From the NCBI GenBank assembly GCA_964016885.1, contig OZ024760.1, forward strand, positions 7,378,001-7,442,000: 64,000 nucleotides of DNA, given 5' to 3'. Positions 27,001-38,615 of the stretch are shown here, in pieces. The translations under genes and the position numbers were made by a program. The DNA is from Eledone cirrhosa. Its lineage: Eukaryota. The notes beneath the pieces are model-generated. The model was not told the origin of the DNA, did no database searches, and saw only the letters and a list, made by a program, of their open reading frames with translations. The stretch's first letter is position 1, and every line of letters begins with the position of its first letter.

Positions 27001-30000
27001 ACACCTACAATAATTAGCATAAAGTCCCTTACACAGACACACCTACAATATCTAGCATAAAGTCACTTACACAGACACACCTACAATATCTAGCATAAAG
27101 CCCCTTAAACACAGAAACACCTACAATAATTAGCATAAAGTCCCTTACACAGACACACCTACAATATCTAGCATAAAGCCCCTTAAACACAGAAACACCT
27201 ACAATAATTAGCATAAAGTCCCTTACACAGACACACCTACAATATCTAGCATAAAGCCCCTTAAACACAGAAACACCTACAATAATTAGCATAAAGTCCC
27301 TTACACAGACACACCTACAATATCTAGCATAAAGTCACTTACACAGACACACCTACAATATCTAGCATAAAGTCCCTTACACAGACACACCTACAATATC
27401 TAGCATAAAGCCCCTTAAACACAGAAACACCTACAATAATTAGCATAAAGTCCCTTACACAGACACACCTACAATATCTAGCATAAAGCCCCTTAAACAC
27501 AGAAACACCTACAATAATTAGCATAAAGTCCCTTACACAGACACACCTACAATATCTAGCATAAAACCCCTTAAACACAGAAACACCTACAATAATTAGC
27601 ATAAAGTCCCTTACACAGACACACCTACAATATCTAGCATAAAGCCCCTTAAACACAGAAACACCTACAATAATTAGCATAAAGTCCCTTACACAGACAC
27701 ACCTACAATATCTAGCATAAAGTCACTTACACAGACACACCTACAATATCTAGCATAAAGCCCCTTAAACACAGAAACACCTACAATAATTAGCATAAAG
27801 TCCCTTACACAGACACACCTACAATATCTAGCATAAAGTCCCTTACACAGACACACCTACAATATCTAGCATAAAACCCCTTAACACAGAAACACCTACA
27901 ATAATTAGCATAAAGTCCCTTACACAGACACACCTACAATATCTAGCATAAAGCCCCTTAAACACAGAAACACCTACAATAATTAGCATAAAGTCCCTTA
28001 CACAGACACACCTACAATATCTAGCATAAAACCCCTTAAACACAGAAACACCTACAATAATTAGCATAAAGTCCCTTACACAGACACACCTACAATATCT
28101 AGCATAAAGCCCCTTAAACACAGAAACACCTACAATAATTAGCATAAAGTCCCTTACACAGACACACCTACAATATCTAGCATAAAGCCCCTTAAACACA
28201 GAAACACCTACAATAATTAGCATAAAGTCCCTTACACAGACACACCTACAATATCTAGCATAAAGCCCCTTAAACACAGAAACACCTACAATAATTAGCA
28301 TAAAGTCCCTTACACAGACACACCTACAATATCTAGCATAAAGCCCCTTAAACACAGAAACACAATAATTAGCATAAAGTCCCTTACACAGACACACCTA
28401 CAATATCTAGCATAAAACCCCCTTAAACACAGAAACACCTACAATAATTAGCATAAAGTCCCTTACACAGACACACCTACAATATCTAGCATAAAGCCCC
28501 TTAAACACAGAAACACCTACAATAATTAGCATAAAGTCCCTTACACAGACACACCTACAATATCTAGCATAAAGTCCCTTAAACACAGAAACACCTACAA
28601 TAATTAGCATAAAGTCCCTTACACAGACACACCTACAATATCTAGCATAAAGTCACTTACACAGACACACCTACAATATCTAGCATAAAGCCCCTTAAAC
28701 ACAGAAACACCTACAATAATTAGCATAAAGTCCCTTACACAGACACACCTACAATATCTAGCATAAAGCCCCTTAAACACAGAAACACCTACAATAATTA
28801 GCATAAAGTCCCTTACACAGACACACCTACAATATCTAGCATAAAGCCCTTAAACACAGAAACACCTACAATAATTAGCATAAAGTCACTTACACAGACA
28901 CACCTACAATATCTAGCATAAAGTCACTTACACAGACACACCTACAATATCTAGCATAAAGTCCCTTACACAGACACACCTACAATATCTAGCATAAAGC
29001 CCCTTAAACACAGAAACACCTACAATAATTAGCATAAAGTCCCTTACACAGACACACCTACAATATCTAGCATAAAGCCCCTTAAACACAGAAACACCTA
29101 CAATAATTAGCATAAAGTCCCTTACACAGACACACCTACAATATCTAGCATAAAGTCCCTTACACAGACACACCTACAATATCTAGCATAAAGTCCCTTA
29201 CACAGACACACCTACAATATCTAGCATAAAGTCCCTTACACAGACACACCTACAATATCTAGCATAAAGTCACTTACACAGACACACCTACAATATCTAG
29301 CATAAAGCCCCTTAAACACAGAAACACCTACAATAATTAGCATAAAGTCCCTTACACAGACACACCTACAATATCTAGCATAAAGTCCCTTACACAGACA
29401 CACCTACAATATCTAGCATAAAACCCCTTAAACACAGAAACACCTACAATAATTAGCATAAAGTCCCTTACACAGACACACCTACAATATCTAGCATAAA
29501 GCCCCTTAAACACAGAAACACCTACAATAATTAGCATAAAGTCCCTTACACAGACACACCTACAATATCTAGCATAAAGCCCCTTAAACACAGAAACACC
29601 TACAATAATTAGCATAAAGTCCCTTACACAGACACACCTACAATATCTAGCATAAAGCCCCTTAAACACAGAAACACCTACAATAATTAGCATAAAGTCC
29701 CTTACACAGACACACCTACAATATCTAGCATAAAGCCCCTTAAACACAGAAACACCTACAATAATTAGCATAAAGTCCCTTACACAGACACACCTACAAT
29801 ATCTAGCATAAAACCCCTTAAACACAGAAACACCTACATAATTAGCATAAAGTCCCTTACACAGACACACCTACAATATCTAGCATAAAGCCCCTTAAAC
29901 ACAGAAACACCTACAATAATTAGCATAAAGTCCCTTACACAGACACACCTACAATATCTAGCATAAAACCCCTTAAACACAGAAACACCTACAATAATTA

Positions 30001-31705
30001 GCATAAAGTCCCTTACACAGACACACCTACAATATCTAGCATAAAGTCCCTTACACAGACACACCTACAATATCTAGCATAAAGCCCCTTAAACACAGAA
30101 ACACCTACAATAATTAGCATAAAGTCCCTTACACAGACACACCTACAATATCTAGCATAAAACCCCTTAAACACAGAAACACCTACAATAATTAGCATAA
30201 AGTCCCTTACACAGACACACCTACAATATCTAGCATAAAGTCCCTTACACAGACACACCTACAATATCTAGCATAAAGCCCCTTAAACACAGAAACACCT
30301 ACAATAATTAGCATAAAGTCCCTTACACAGACACACCTACAATATCTAGCATAAAACCCCTTAAACACAGAAACACCTACAATAATTAGCATAAAGTCCC
30401 TTACACAGACACACCTACAATATCTAGCATAAAGCCCCTTAAACACAGAAACACCTACAATATTCTAGCATAAAGTCCCTTACACAGACACACCTACAAT
30501 ATCTAGCATAAAGCCCCTTAAACACAGAAACACCTACAATAATTAGCATAAAGTCCCTTACACAGACACACCTACAATATCTAGCATAAAGCCCCTTAAA
30601 CACAGAAACACCTACAATATCTAGCATAAAGTCCCTTACACAGACACACCTACAATATCTAGCATAAAGCCCCTTAAACACAGAAACACCTACAATATCT
30701 AGCATAAAGTCACTTACACAGAAACACCTACAATATCTAGCATAAAGTCACTTACACAGACACACCTACAATATCTAGCATAAAGTCCCTTAAACAGACT
30801 CACCTACAATATCTAGCATAAAGTCACTTACACAGACACACCTACAATATCTAGCATAAAGTCACTTACACAGACACACCTACAATATCTAGCATAAAGC
30901 CCCTTACACAGACACACCTACAATATCTAGCATAAAGCCCCTTAAACACAGAAACACCTACAATATCTAGCATAAAGTCACTTACACAGACACACCTACA
31001 ATATCTAGCATAAAGTCCCTTAAACAGACTCACCTACAATATCTAGCATAAAGTCACTTACACAGACACACCTACAATATCTAGCATAAAGCCCCTTACA
31101 CAGACACACCTACAATATCTAGCATAAAGCCCCTTAAACACAGAAACACCTACAATATCTAGCATAAAGTCACTTACACAGACACACCTACAATATCTAG
31201 CATAAAGTCCCTTAAACAGACTCACCTACAATATCTAGCATAAAGTCACTTACACAGACACACCTACAATATCTAGCATAAAGTCACTTACACAGACACA
31301 CCTACAATATCTAGCATAAAGTCCCTTAAACAGACTCACCTACAATATCTAGCATAAAGTCACTTACACAGACATACCTACAATATCTAGCATAAAGTCA
31401 CTTACACAGACACACCTACAATATCTAGCATAAAGTCACTTACACAGACACACCTACAATATCTAGCATAAAGTCCCTTAAACAGACTCACCTACAATAT
31501 CTAGCATAAAGTCACTTACACAGACACACCTACAATATCAAGCAGAAAGCCCTTAAACAGACTCACCTACAATATCTAGCATAAAGTCCCTTAAACAGAC
31601 TCACCTACAATATCTAGCATAAAGTCACTTACACAGACACACCTACAATATCAAGCAGAAAGCCCTTAAACAGACTCACCTACAATATATAGCATAAAGC
31701 CCCTT
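24015..31705. repeat. 7.7-kb 39-bp satellite, mostly as a 78-bp A/B dimer, in the last giantin intron
   Basis: acacctacaataattagcataaagtcccttacacagac / acacctacaatatctagcataaagccccttaaacacagaa alternating units. Confidence 0.96.
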
Positions 31706-31929
31706 AACCCTTTAGCATTTACATTACTCTATATATACTATTGTATTTTGAAGGTAAAGGCTTTATCTCACATAATTACCTCAGATAATATCAAATCTGC
31801 GAGATTTTGATATTTATTTTGAGAACAATATCTTAACATAAGTATGAGCAGCCTGTTATTGCCGGTTTGAACAGAAAGAGGTGAGGGAATTCTGGCCGGA
31901 TAGGGCTGGTCTAAATTCTAAAGGGTTAA
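31704..31929. mobile_element. piggyBac-like MITE inserted in a satellite TTAA with target-site duplication
   Basis: ..agcccc-TTAA-ccctttagcattt ... aaaggg-TTAA-acagtcacacaacaatatctagc (satellite resumes). Confidence 0.8.
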
Positions 31930-32124
31930 ACAGTCACACAACAATATCTAGCAGAAAGCCCCATACACAGACATCAGAGGTAAAAAGATAGAATATTAAA
32001 AAAAATGTTTACAGGTCACACCTATACAGATTTAGCTGGCTTTGTGTGATGTATCCCATAAAAGGTTTCTTGGTTGGGGGCTTTAATGATAGAAGCCCCA
32101 ATACTATCATATATATATATATAT

Positions 32125-32290
32125 ATAGTTATGTAATAAACAACATAAGGCAATTATTTCATTTACCAGTGATTTCTTAAAAGCAAAAAAATTTTGCTTT
32201 CAATCATCAGAATGAAAGCAAAATTTTTTTGCTTTTAAGAAACCACTGGTAAATAAAATAATTGCCTTATGTTGTTTATTACATAACTAT
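32125..32290. repeat. near-perfect palindrome with a hammerhead-like core in its loop
   Basis: About 77-bp arms, loop aatcatcagaat. The minus strand reads CTGATGA-tt-GAA-AGCAAAA-ttt-TTTTGCT-T. Confidence 0.8.
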
Positions 32291-32355
32291 TAAGCTCTGT
32301 TACCTACATAGAGCACTCTTTTTTCCTGGACTTTTCCAACGGAATTACTTCATTT

Positions 32356-32387
<32 letters not shown>

Positions 32388-32521
32388 GTAGATAAATCTA
32401 CCAAGAGTTTACGGTAGTGTCCAATCCGTATGAAGAACTCAATGTATTCCGGATATCATGGAAAGAAGAAATGTAATGAAAAATCACTTTCGGTGAAAGA
32501 TAAACGGTATACAGAGTCAAG

Positions 32522-32854
32522 ATAAAATATTAAACAAATAATGAATAAACAATTCCTTATATTAAACAAAAAAAGTTCATTATTTAACGATCGTTTCTAG
32601 GATATATATGTGTTAGAGTTGGCATGCATATTCAACAGATCTATGTACAAAATTATACAAAATTATACAAACTATCAAGATTAAATATACATACGTATAT
32701 TTAATCTTGATAGTTTGTATAATTTTGTATAATTTTGTACATAGATCTGTTGAATATGCATGCCAACTCTAACACATATATATCCTAGAAACGATCGTTA
32801 AATAATGAACTTTTTTTGTTTAATATAAGGAATTGTTTATTCATTATTTGTTTA

Positions 32855-32863
<9 letters not shown>
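32522..32863. repeat. long palindrome (about 169-bp arms, 4-nt loop) abutting (TA)n
   Basis: Arms are reverse complements by inspection and contain GAAAC-GATC-GTT. Confidence 0.9.
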
Positions 32864-32932
<69 letters not shown>

Positions 32933-32935
<3 letters not shown>

Positions 32936-33267
32936 GTGCATGGCTTAGTGGTTAGAGCAGTGGGCTTACAATTGAGAAGTTAAGTTTGATTCTTGGACTG
33001 GGTGATGTGTAGTGTCCTTAAGCAAGACACTTTATTTCACATTGCCCCAGTTTATTCAGTGTAGAAATGAGTTGTGATATCTCTGGTACCAAGCTGTATT
33101 GGCCATCCCATTCCCTTGGACGACATTGGTGTCATGGAGAGGGGAGAGGTGTGCATGGGCAACTGCTAGTCTTCCACAAACAACCTTGCCCGGACTTCCC
33201 CAGAGGGGAAGTTTCTAGGTACAAATGCCATGGTCATTCATGACCAAAGGGAGTCTTTACCGTTTAC

Positions 33268-33270
<3 letters not shown>
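32933..33270 (+). mobile_element. tRNA-derived SINE (second family)
   Basis: gaggtgcatggcttagtggttagagc head, shared central core (caagacactttatttcacattg), distinct tail ending tttaccct. Confidence 0.75.
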
Positions 33271-33308
<38 letters not shown>

Positions 33309-33794
33309 GAGTATATGTTGGTTGTTTGTAATATATCAAATCAAAATTACATTATTAAATCTTATTTTTATTTTGTTTCTTGTAAATAATTTTTTTCAAA
33401 AAATCAATTCAAAACTTGTTCATTTCATTTTTTTTTGTTAATTTACGTTTAATTAATAGAAAAACCCCGTGATAATAGAGGTTCCAATACTCAAGTTATG
33501 GGCTTCCGAAATTTTCATTATAGGGAGTTTAAACTCCATTAGGGTGTCTTAATAGTATTGAAATTTGCTGAAATGTTGTGAATAGGCATCATATCTTGTA
33601 ATTTACTTATGGTTTAAATTTCATGACGGGAAAAAATTTTCAGTGGGGGTTTGTGCCCCCGGGGAGCCCTTTGATTAAAATGAAATCCAAGTACTCTGGG
33701 CAATGTAGTTTCAGAATATATATGGTTATGGGGGTCACTCTCCAAAACCATAGGAGGAGTTCATGAACAAACAAACAGACAGGAACTACAGCTT

Positions 33795-33849
<55 letters not shown>

Positions 33850-34324
33850 CACAACACAAACCCCAGACATTGAAGCAAGCATTTCAAAAGCAAATAAATA
33901 AATAAAATAGCAACTAAACTACAAAAACCTCTGATAAATTCCTTATGACATCAAAAAATAACATATGAATATAATTTAAATACTAAATGTTGCTTACAGC
34001 ATGAAAAAATAGCAACATGATATAAGGTGTGCCTGGGGGCTCTGTCCCCTCATGACCCTCTCAATATGAAGGAGGAGAAGAAGAAAAAAGGAGGAAAGAA
34101 GGAAGGGAGGAGAGAAGAAGAAAAAGAACCTTATAATAATAAACACAAAAATAACCCAATATCATTTAAAAGCCCTTTATGACATTGTTTAAATGACATA
34201 AGCCCCTTAAGACATCATTTAAATGACATAAGCCCTTAAAACATCAACAATAAGGATCTACAAGACTCTACTTCAAAATACTAAGGAAGGAACTGTAGAA
34301 GAAAAAAAAAAAGGTTTTACTTAC

Positions 34325-34379
34325 TTTTTCACTTTCATCCAGCGCTGTATGCGATGAAAATAGTTACTTCCTTGACGGA
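34325..34379 (-). CDS. GOLGB1: giantin-like penultimate exon
   Basis: ccag|TC acceptor (phase 1). VRQGSNYFHRIQRWMKVK. Donor AA|GTAAGT, phase 2. Confidence 0.75.
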
Positions 34380-34495
34380 CTGGCAGACAAAATGGTGGTT
34401 GTTGTGGTGGTCGTGGTTGGAGTGGTGGAAAGAAAGGAAATTTGATAATGTGAGAAATACTTTGAATAATAATGTGGCAAAGTGTACACATGAAG

Positions 34496-34530
<35 letters not shown>

Positions 34531-35138
34531 CACTCACACATATATTATTTATGTTCATACATAAAACAAAAGCACTACCTAAAGTTTTAAGGCCCAATAT
34601 TAACCATATCTCCAGAATGCAAGAAGGATCAAAATTGTGACCTAATCTTCAGGTGCTTATACTAGTTTATAAGTAGGTAAGAAGTTTTTAATTTAATAGA
34701 TAGACATTTCCCACAACAACATAGATACAGTAAAATATTCAATCATAATTCATAAATACAAAGTAAAACCTACTACAGTCAGTAGGCATCTCTAACAAAA
34801 TACACCCCCCCCCCACACACACCCCATCCACACCGCCCCCTTCTATGTAAAGTTATGTTGGTGCCACACCATCCAGGCCGAAACAAATGAGATCATGTAG
34901 GTGTCACGACAAAAAAACACACAGTCCACGCTGTAATGTGGCCGTGTAGGCAACACGGTAAAAACCTCCCAGACCCACACTGTAAATGTGGTTGGTGTTA
35001 GGAAGGGCATCCAACTGTAGAAAACCTGCCAGACAGTCCTATACGAGCAAGACAACCACTCTTGCCTCAAGTGGGAAAACCCCCGTCCAAACCCATGCAA
35101 GCGTGGAACACGGACGTTAAACGTTGATGATGATGATG

Positions 35139-35600
35139 AATTCCATCAAGATATCCTATTCATGTGGCCTGTCTATGAAATCCAAAATTACTGCAAAGAA
35201 TATACTTGATGATAATCCAAGCTGCTCTTGTAGGATTAAAGAGAACTGCCCTCTCCAACAGAAATGTAATATCAAATCCATTGTGTACGAGGCAGAAAAT
35301 TCTGAAGTTAGCAAAACATACGTCGGTATGGTGTAAGATCGTTTCAAACAACGTTTTTACTTGCATCTCCACTCATTCAGGAATCCTGATATGAAAACCA
35401 GTACAGCCCTGGTAAAAAAAAGTCTGGTAATTAAAGAAGAAATGAGTCCCTTATAAAATTACTTGGAAAATACTTGAAAGATCCAGTCCTTACACCAATG
35501 GTGCCAAGAGATTTTGTCTGTCTTATTGAGAAATTTAGAATATCACAAGATTTGTCATCTCCGAACAATAATTATTTGAACTCAAAGAGCGATATTTTAA
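35139..35600 (+). mobile_element. Penelope-like retroelement GIY-YIG endonuclease remnant
   Basis: NSIKISYSC...CSCRIKENCPLQQKCNIKSIVYEA...KTYVGMV*DRFKQRFYLHLHSFRNP..STAL, i.e. Cys linker plus (G)IVY/YVG and R..H motifs. Contains stops and frameshifts. Confidence 0.8.
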
Positions 35601-35786
35601 GAGGATATCTCCATCTCAATGCCAACAGCTTGCTAAGTGGAAATACTCATGATGATGGTGATGATGACAATAATGACAATGATGATGATGATGACAATGA
35701 CGGTGATGATGACAATGACGGTGATGATGACAATGACAATGATGATGGTGATGACGATGATGATGATAAGTAACAACAAAACTCAC

Positions 35787-35850
35787 CCAGAAGTGGTTGC
35801 ACTTGTAGAATTCTATCTGGATCATCATCATCATCTATCTCAACTTTGAA
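35787..35850 (-). CDS. GOLGB1: giantin-like exon
   Basis: tcag|TTC acceptor. FKVEIDDDDDPDRILQVQPLL. Donor G|GTGAGT, phase 1. Confidence 0.78.
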
Positions 35851-36104
35851 CTGAGGGAAAGAAAAACAAAGAATCAAATATTTCTGGTATTAGACACAAT
35901 CATAAACACACACACACACACTAAAAACTGGTGATACAACATATACACAAAAACTGAAGTCTGGTGATTGATGAAATGGCATTGACACACTATAAGTTAT
36001 AAGATCAAATCTTACAACATTGATACACTATAAAATTCCAACTGAAGTCTGGTGATTGATGAAATGACATTAATACACTATTAAATTTCAAAATCAAATC
36101 TTAC

Positions 36105-36264
36105 ATCTTGTTGCATTTTCTCTCGTAACAAGTTCAGTTGTTGCTGTGACTGCTGCAACATTATCTCTGCCTGCAATCTTTGATTCCTCTCGGCAGTGAA
36201 CTTGGTTGCCTGGTCTATACTGGTAGCCATCAGTTCCTCTTGGTGTTCTTCTAGTTCCCTAATT
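36105..36264 (-). CDS. GOLGB1: giantin-like exon
   Basis: atag|A acceptor (phase 2). IRELEEHQEELMATSIDQATKFTAERNQRLQAEIMLQQSQQQLNLLREKMQQD. Donor GTAAGA. Confidence 0.83.
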
Positions 36265-36326
36265 CTATAAACAAACAAAAAAATATTACATAAAAAAAAA
36301 ATAATAATATTAAAAGAATGAAGATG

Positions 36327-36660
36327 GAGGCACATGGCTTAGTGGTTAGAGCATTGGCCTTGCAATCGAAAGGTTGTGAGTTCAATTCTCAGACCGGGTG
36401 ATGTGTTGTTTCCTTGAGCAAGACACTTTATTTCACATTGCTCCAGTTTACTCAGCTGTAGAAATGAGATGATAGGGACTGGGGTCCGTATCATTCCACT
36501 GCAAAGTGGTCGTGGAGGTGCCACGGCAAAAAAGCACCGAGCACTCACTGTAAATGAGGTTGGTGTTAGGAAGGGCATCCAGCTGTAGAAATCAAGCCAG
36601 AATCAGTTCCCGTCCCACCCTTGCAGGCAGGGAAAAGTGGACGTAAAATGAAATGATGAT
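36327..36660 (+). mobile_element. tRNA-derived SINE, full length
   Basis: tRNA-like head, core, LINE-like tail (cccttgcaggcagggaaaagtggacg) and (GAT)n. Confidence 0.88.
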
Positions 36661-36959
36661 GATGATGAAATGAAGACAATTAATTAGCCAAGAGTCGTTA
36701 GAGCGTCAGATAGAATCCTTTGTGGCATTTTATTCCGGCTCTCTGAGTTCAAATCCTGCCGAGGTCAACTTTGCCTTTCATCCTTTTGAGATTGAATAAA
36801 AATGTACCTGTCCCCTGGGGAGGGGGTCGATTCTTCCTCTCTATACCCCTTTCTCACTGTCTTTTGTTCATATCTCACACTTCAGCACGGTTTCTACGGC
36901 TGGATGACCTTCTTAAAGCCAACCACTTCATGGCATACTCCAGATTTGTTTTCTTATGA

Positions 36960-37375
36960 TGATGGAGGAGGAGGTGGGGGCAGTGGAGAAGGTGGTGGAG
37001 GAAGTGGTAGAGGGGGAGAAGGTGGAGGAGGAAGTGGTAGAGGAGGAGGAGAAGGTGGAGGAGGAAGTGGTAGAAGAGGAGGAGAAGGTGGAGGAGGAAG
37101 TGGTAGAGGCGAAGGTGGAGGAGGAAGTGGTAGAAGAGGAGAAGGTGGAGGAGGAAGTGGTAGAGGGGAAGAAGGTGGAGGAGGAAGTGGTAGAGGGGGA
37201 GAAGGTGGAGGTGGAAGCGGTAGAAGAGGAGGAGAAGGTGGAGGAGGAAGTGGTAGAGGGGGAGGAGGAAGTGGTAGAGGGGGAGAAGGTGGAGGAGGAA
37301 GTGGTAGAGGAGGAGGAGAAGGTGGAGGAGGAGGAGGAGAAGGTGGATGAGGAGGAGAAGGTGGAGGAGGAAGGT
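36960..37375. repeat. purine-rich (GGA)-based minisatellite
   Basis: gaaggtggaggaggaagtggtagagg units, intronic. Confidence 0.9.
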
Positions 37376-37424
37376 GTACAGTAGTAGTAGCAGCAGCAGC
37401 AGCAGAGACTGTAAAAAACCCTAC

Positions 37425-37531
37425 CTTTCATGAAGATTATGTTCAGTTTGTGTGGAATGTGGTTTGTCTTCAGGTTGTTGAGATTCTTGTGTCTTTAAGG
37501 CAGCAGCGTGACTGGATTCCAGTTCGGTAAT
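37425..37531 (-). CDS. GOLGB1: giantin-like exon
   Basis: ttag|ATT acceptor. ITELESSHAAALKTQESQQPEDKPHSTQTEHNLHE. Donor AG|GTAGGG, phase 2. Confidence 0.78.
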
Positions 37532-37597
37532 CTAAGACAGAGAAACAGTAAAGACGTTATAAAGAGAATATATTATCACACATGTTTTAAGGTCATT

Positions 37598-37840
37598 TCT
37601 CCTGATAAAACCCTTTGAGTCCCCTGATAAAACCTTGTGTGTCCCCTGCTAAAACTCTGTGGGTTTCCTGATAAACCTTTGTGGATCTCTTGATAAAACC
37701 TTGTGGGTGCCCTGCTAAAACCCTGTGCATCCCCTGATAAAGTTCTGTGGGTCTCTTGATAAAACCTTGTGGGTCTCTTGATAAAACCTTGTGGGTCTCT
37801 TGATAAAACCTTGTGGGTCTCCTGCTAAAACCTTGTGGGT
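37598..37840. repeat. about 21-bp minisatellite
   Basis: tgataaaaccttgtgggtctc units. Confidence 0.85.
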
Positions 37841-38160
37841 AGATTTTAATGGGGGTTTTTTTAGTCAAGAAACAAATAAAATTTATTTATAAAAAAACTA
37901 AGATATCTCGTTTTAAAGTTAATCTTTAAAAACCTGCATTAATTTCTAAACAACTTGATAGAAGCATGAGGAGGGAGGTAGAATATTCAGAATTTTACTT
38001 TAAATGAGTGGGGTTGGGTACATGCCCCCTATTGAAGTAGGGTAATGTACACACCCTCTGTTGAAGTGGGGTAGGGTACACACCCTCAGTTGAAGTGGGG
38101 TAGTTTACATACCACCTGTTGAAGTGGGGTCTGTTTTAAATAAGTAGAGTGGATACATAC

Positions 38161-38307
38161 CCTCTGTTGAAGTTGGGTCTGTTTCTCAAAATGGTCCTTC
38201 ATCTGATGAGTTAAACTGTTGGACTCTTTTTCTTTTTCACGAAGGGCCAAAGACAAATTACCCATTTGAATATTTAGGTAGCTGCGATCCTCGGCCAGTT
38301 GACTCAC
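38161..38307 (-). CDS. GOLGB1: giantin-like exon
   Basis: ctag|GTG acceptor. VSQLAEDRSYLNIQMGNLSLALREKEKESNSLTHQMKDHFEKQTQLQQR. Donor GTATGT. Confidence 0.82.
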
Positions 38308-38487
38308 CTAGAAAAGTAAATAGTTTTTAATTACACTGTGATATTGCTTTCTCTCTCTCTCTCTCTCTCTCTCTCACTCACTGTCTCTTTTTCTCTCTCT
38401 CTCTATCTCACTGTTTCTCTTTTACTTTCAATCTTCCTCATTCTTCCTCTTTCTCTCTCTCACTCTCTCTAACAGGAATTACTTCAC

Positions 38488-38615
38488 TTTACAGAGTCAG
38501 AGCGATTGTTACCTGTACACACCTGAGAGTCAAAGACATAGATACCTGTACACACCTGAGAGTTAGAGAGATTGTTACCTGCACACACCTGAGAGTCAGA
38601 GAGATTGTTACCTGC
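38488..38615. repeat. 33-bp tandem repeat duplicating the splice donor
   Basis: acctgtacacacctgagagtcagagagattgtt x about 4, giving VTISLTLRCVQ repeats in frame. Confidence 0.85.

Noticed and set aside
24123-30705. Many Cys/Val-rich repetitive ORFs
   Set aside because: Translations of the 39/78-bp satellite with frequent frame breaks
36327-36400. tRNA gene
   Set aside because: tRNA-like head of a multi-copy SINE, with no complete cloverleaf evident
36802-37431. Gly-rich, Glu-rich and Ser-rich ORFs
   Set aside because: Low-complexity purine repeat inside a giantin intron whose flanking exons already join in phase
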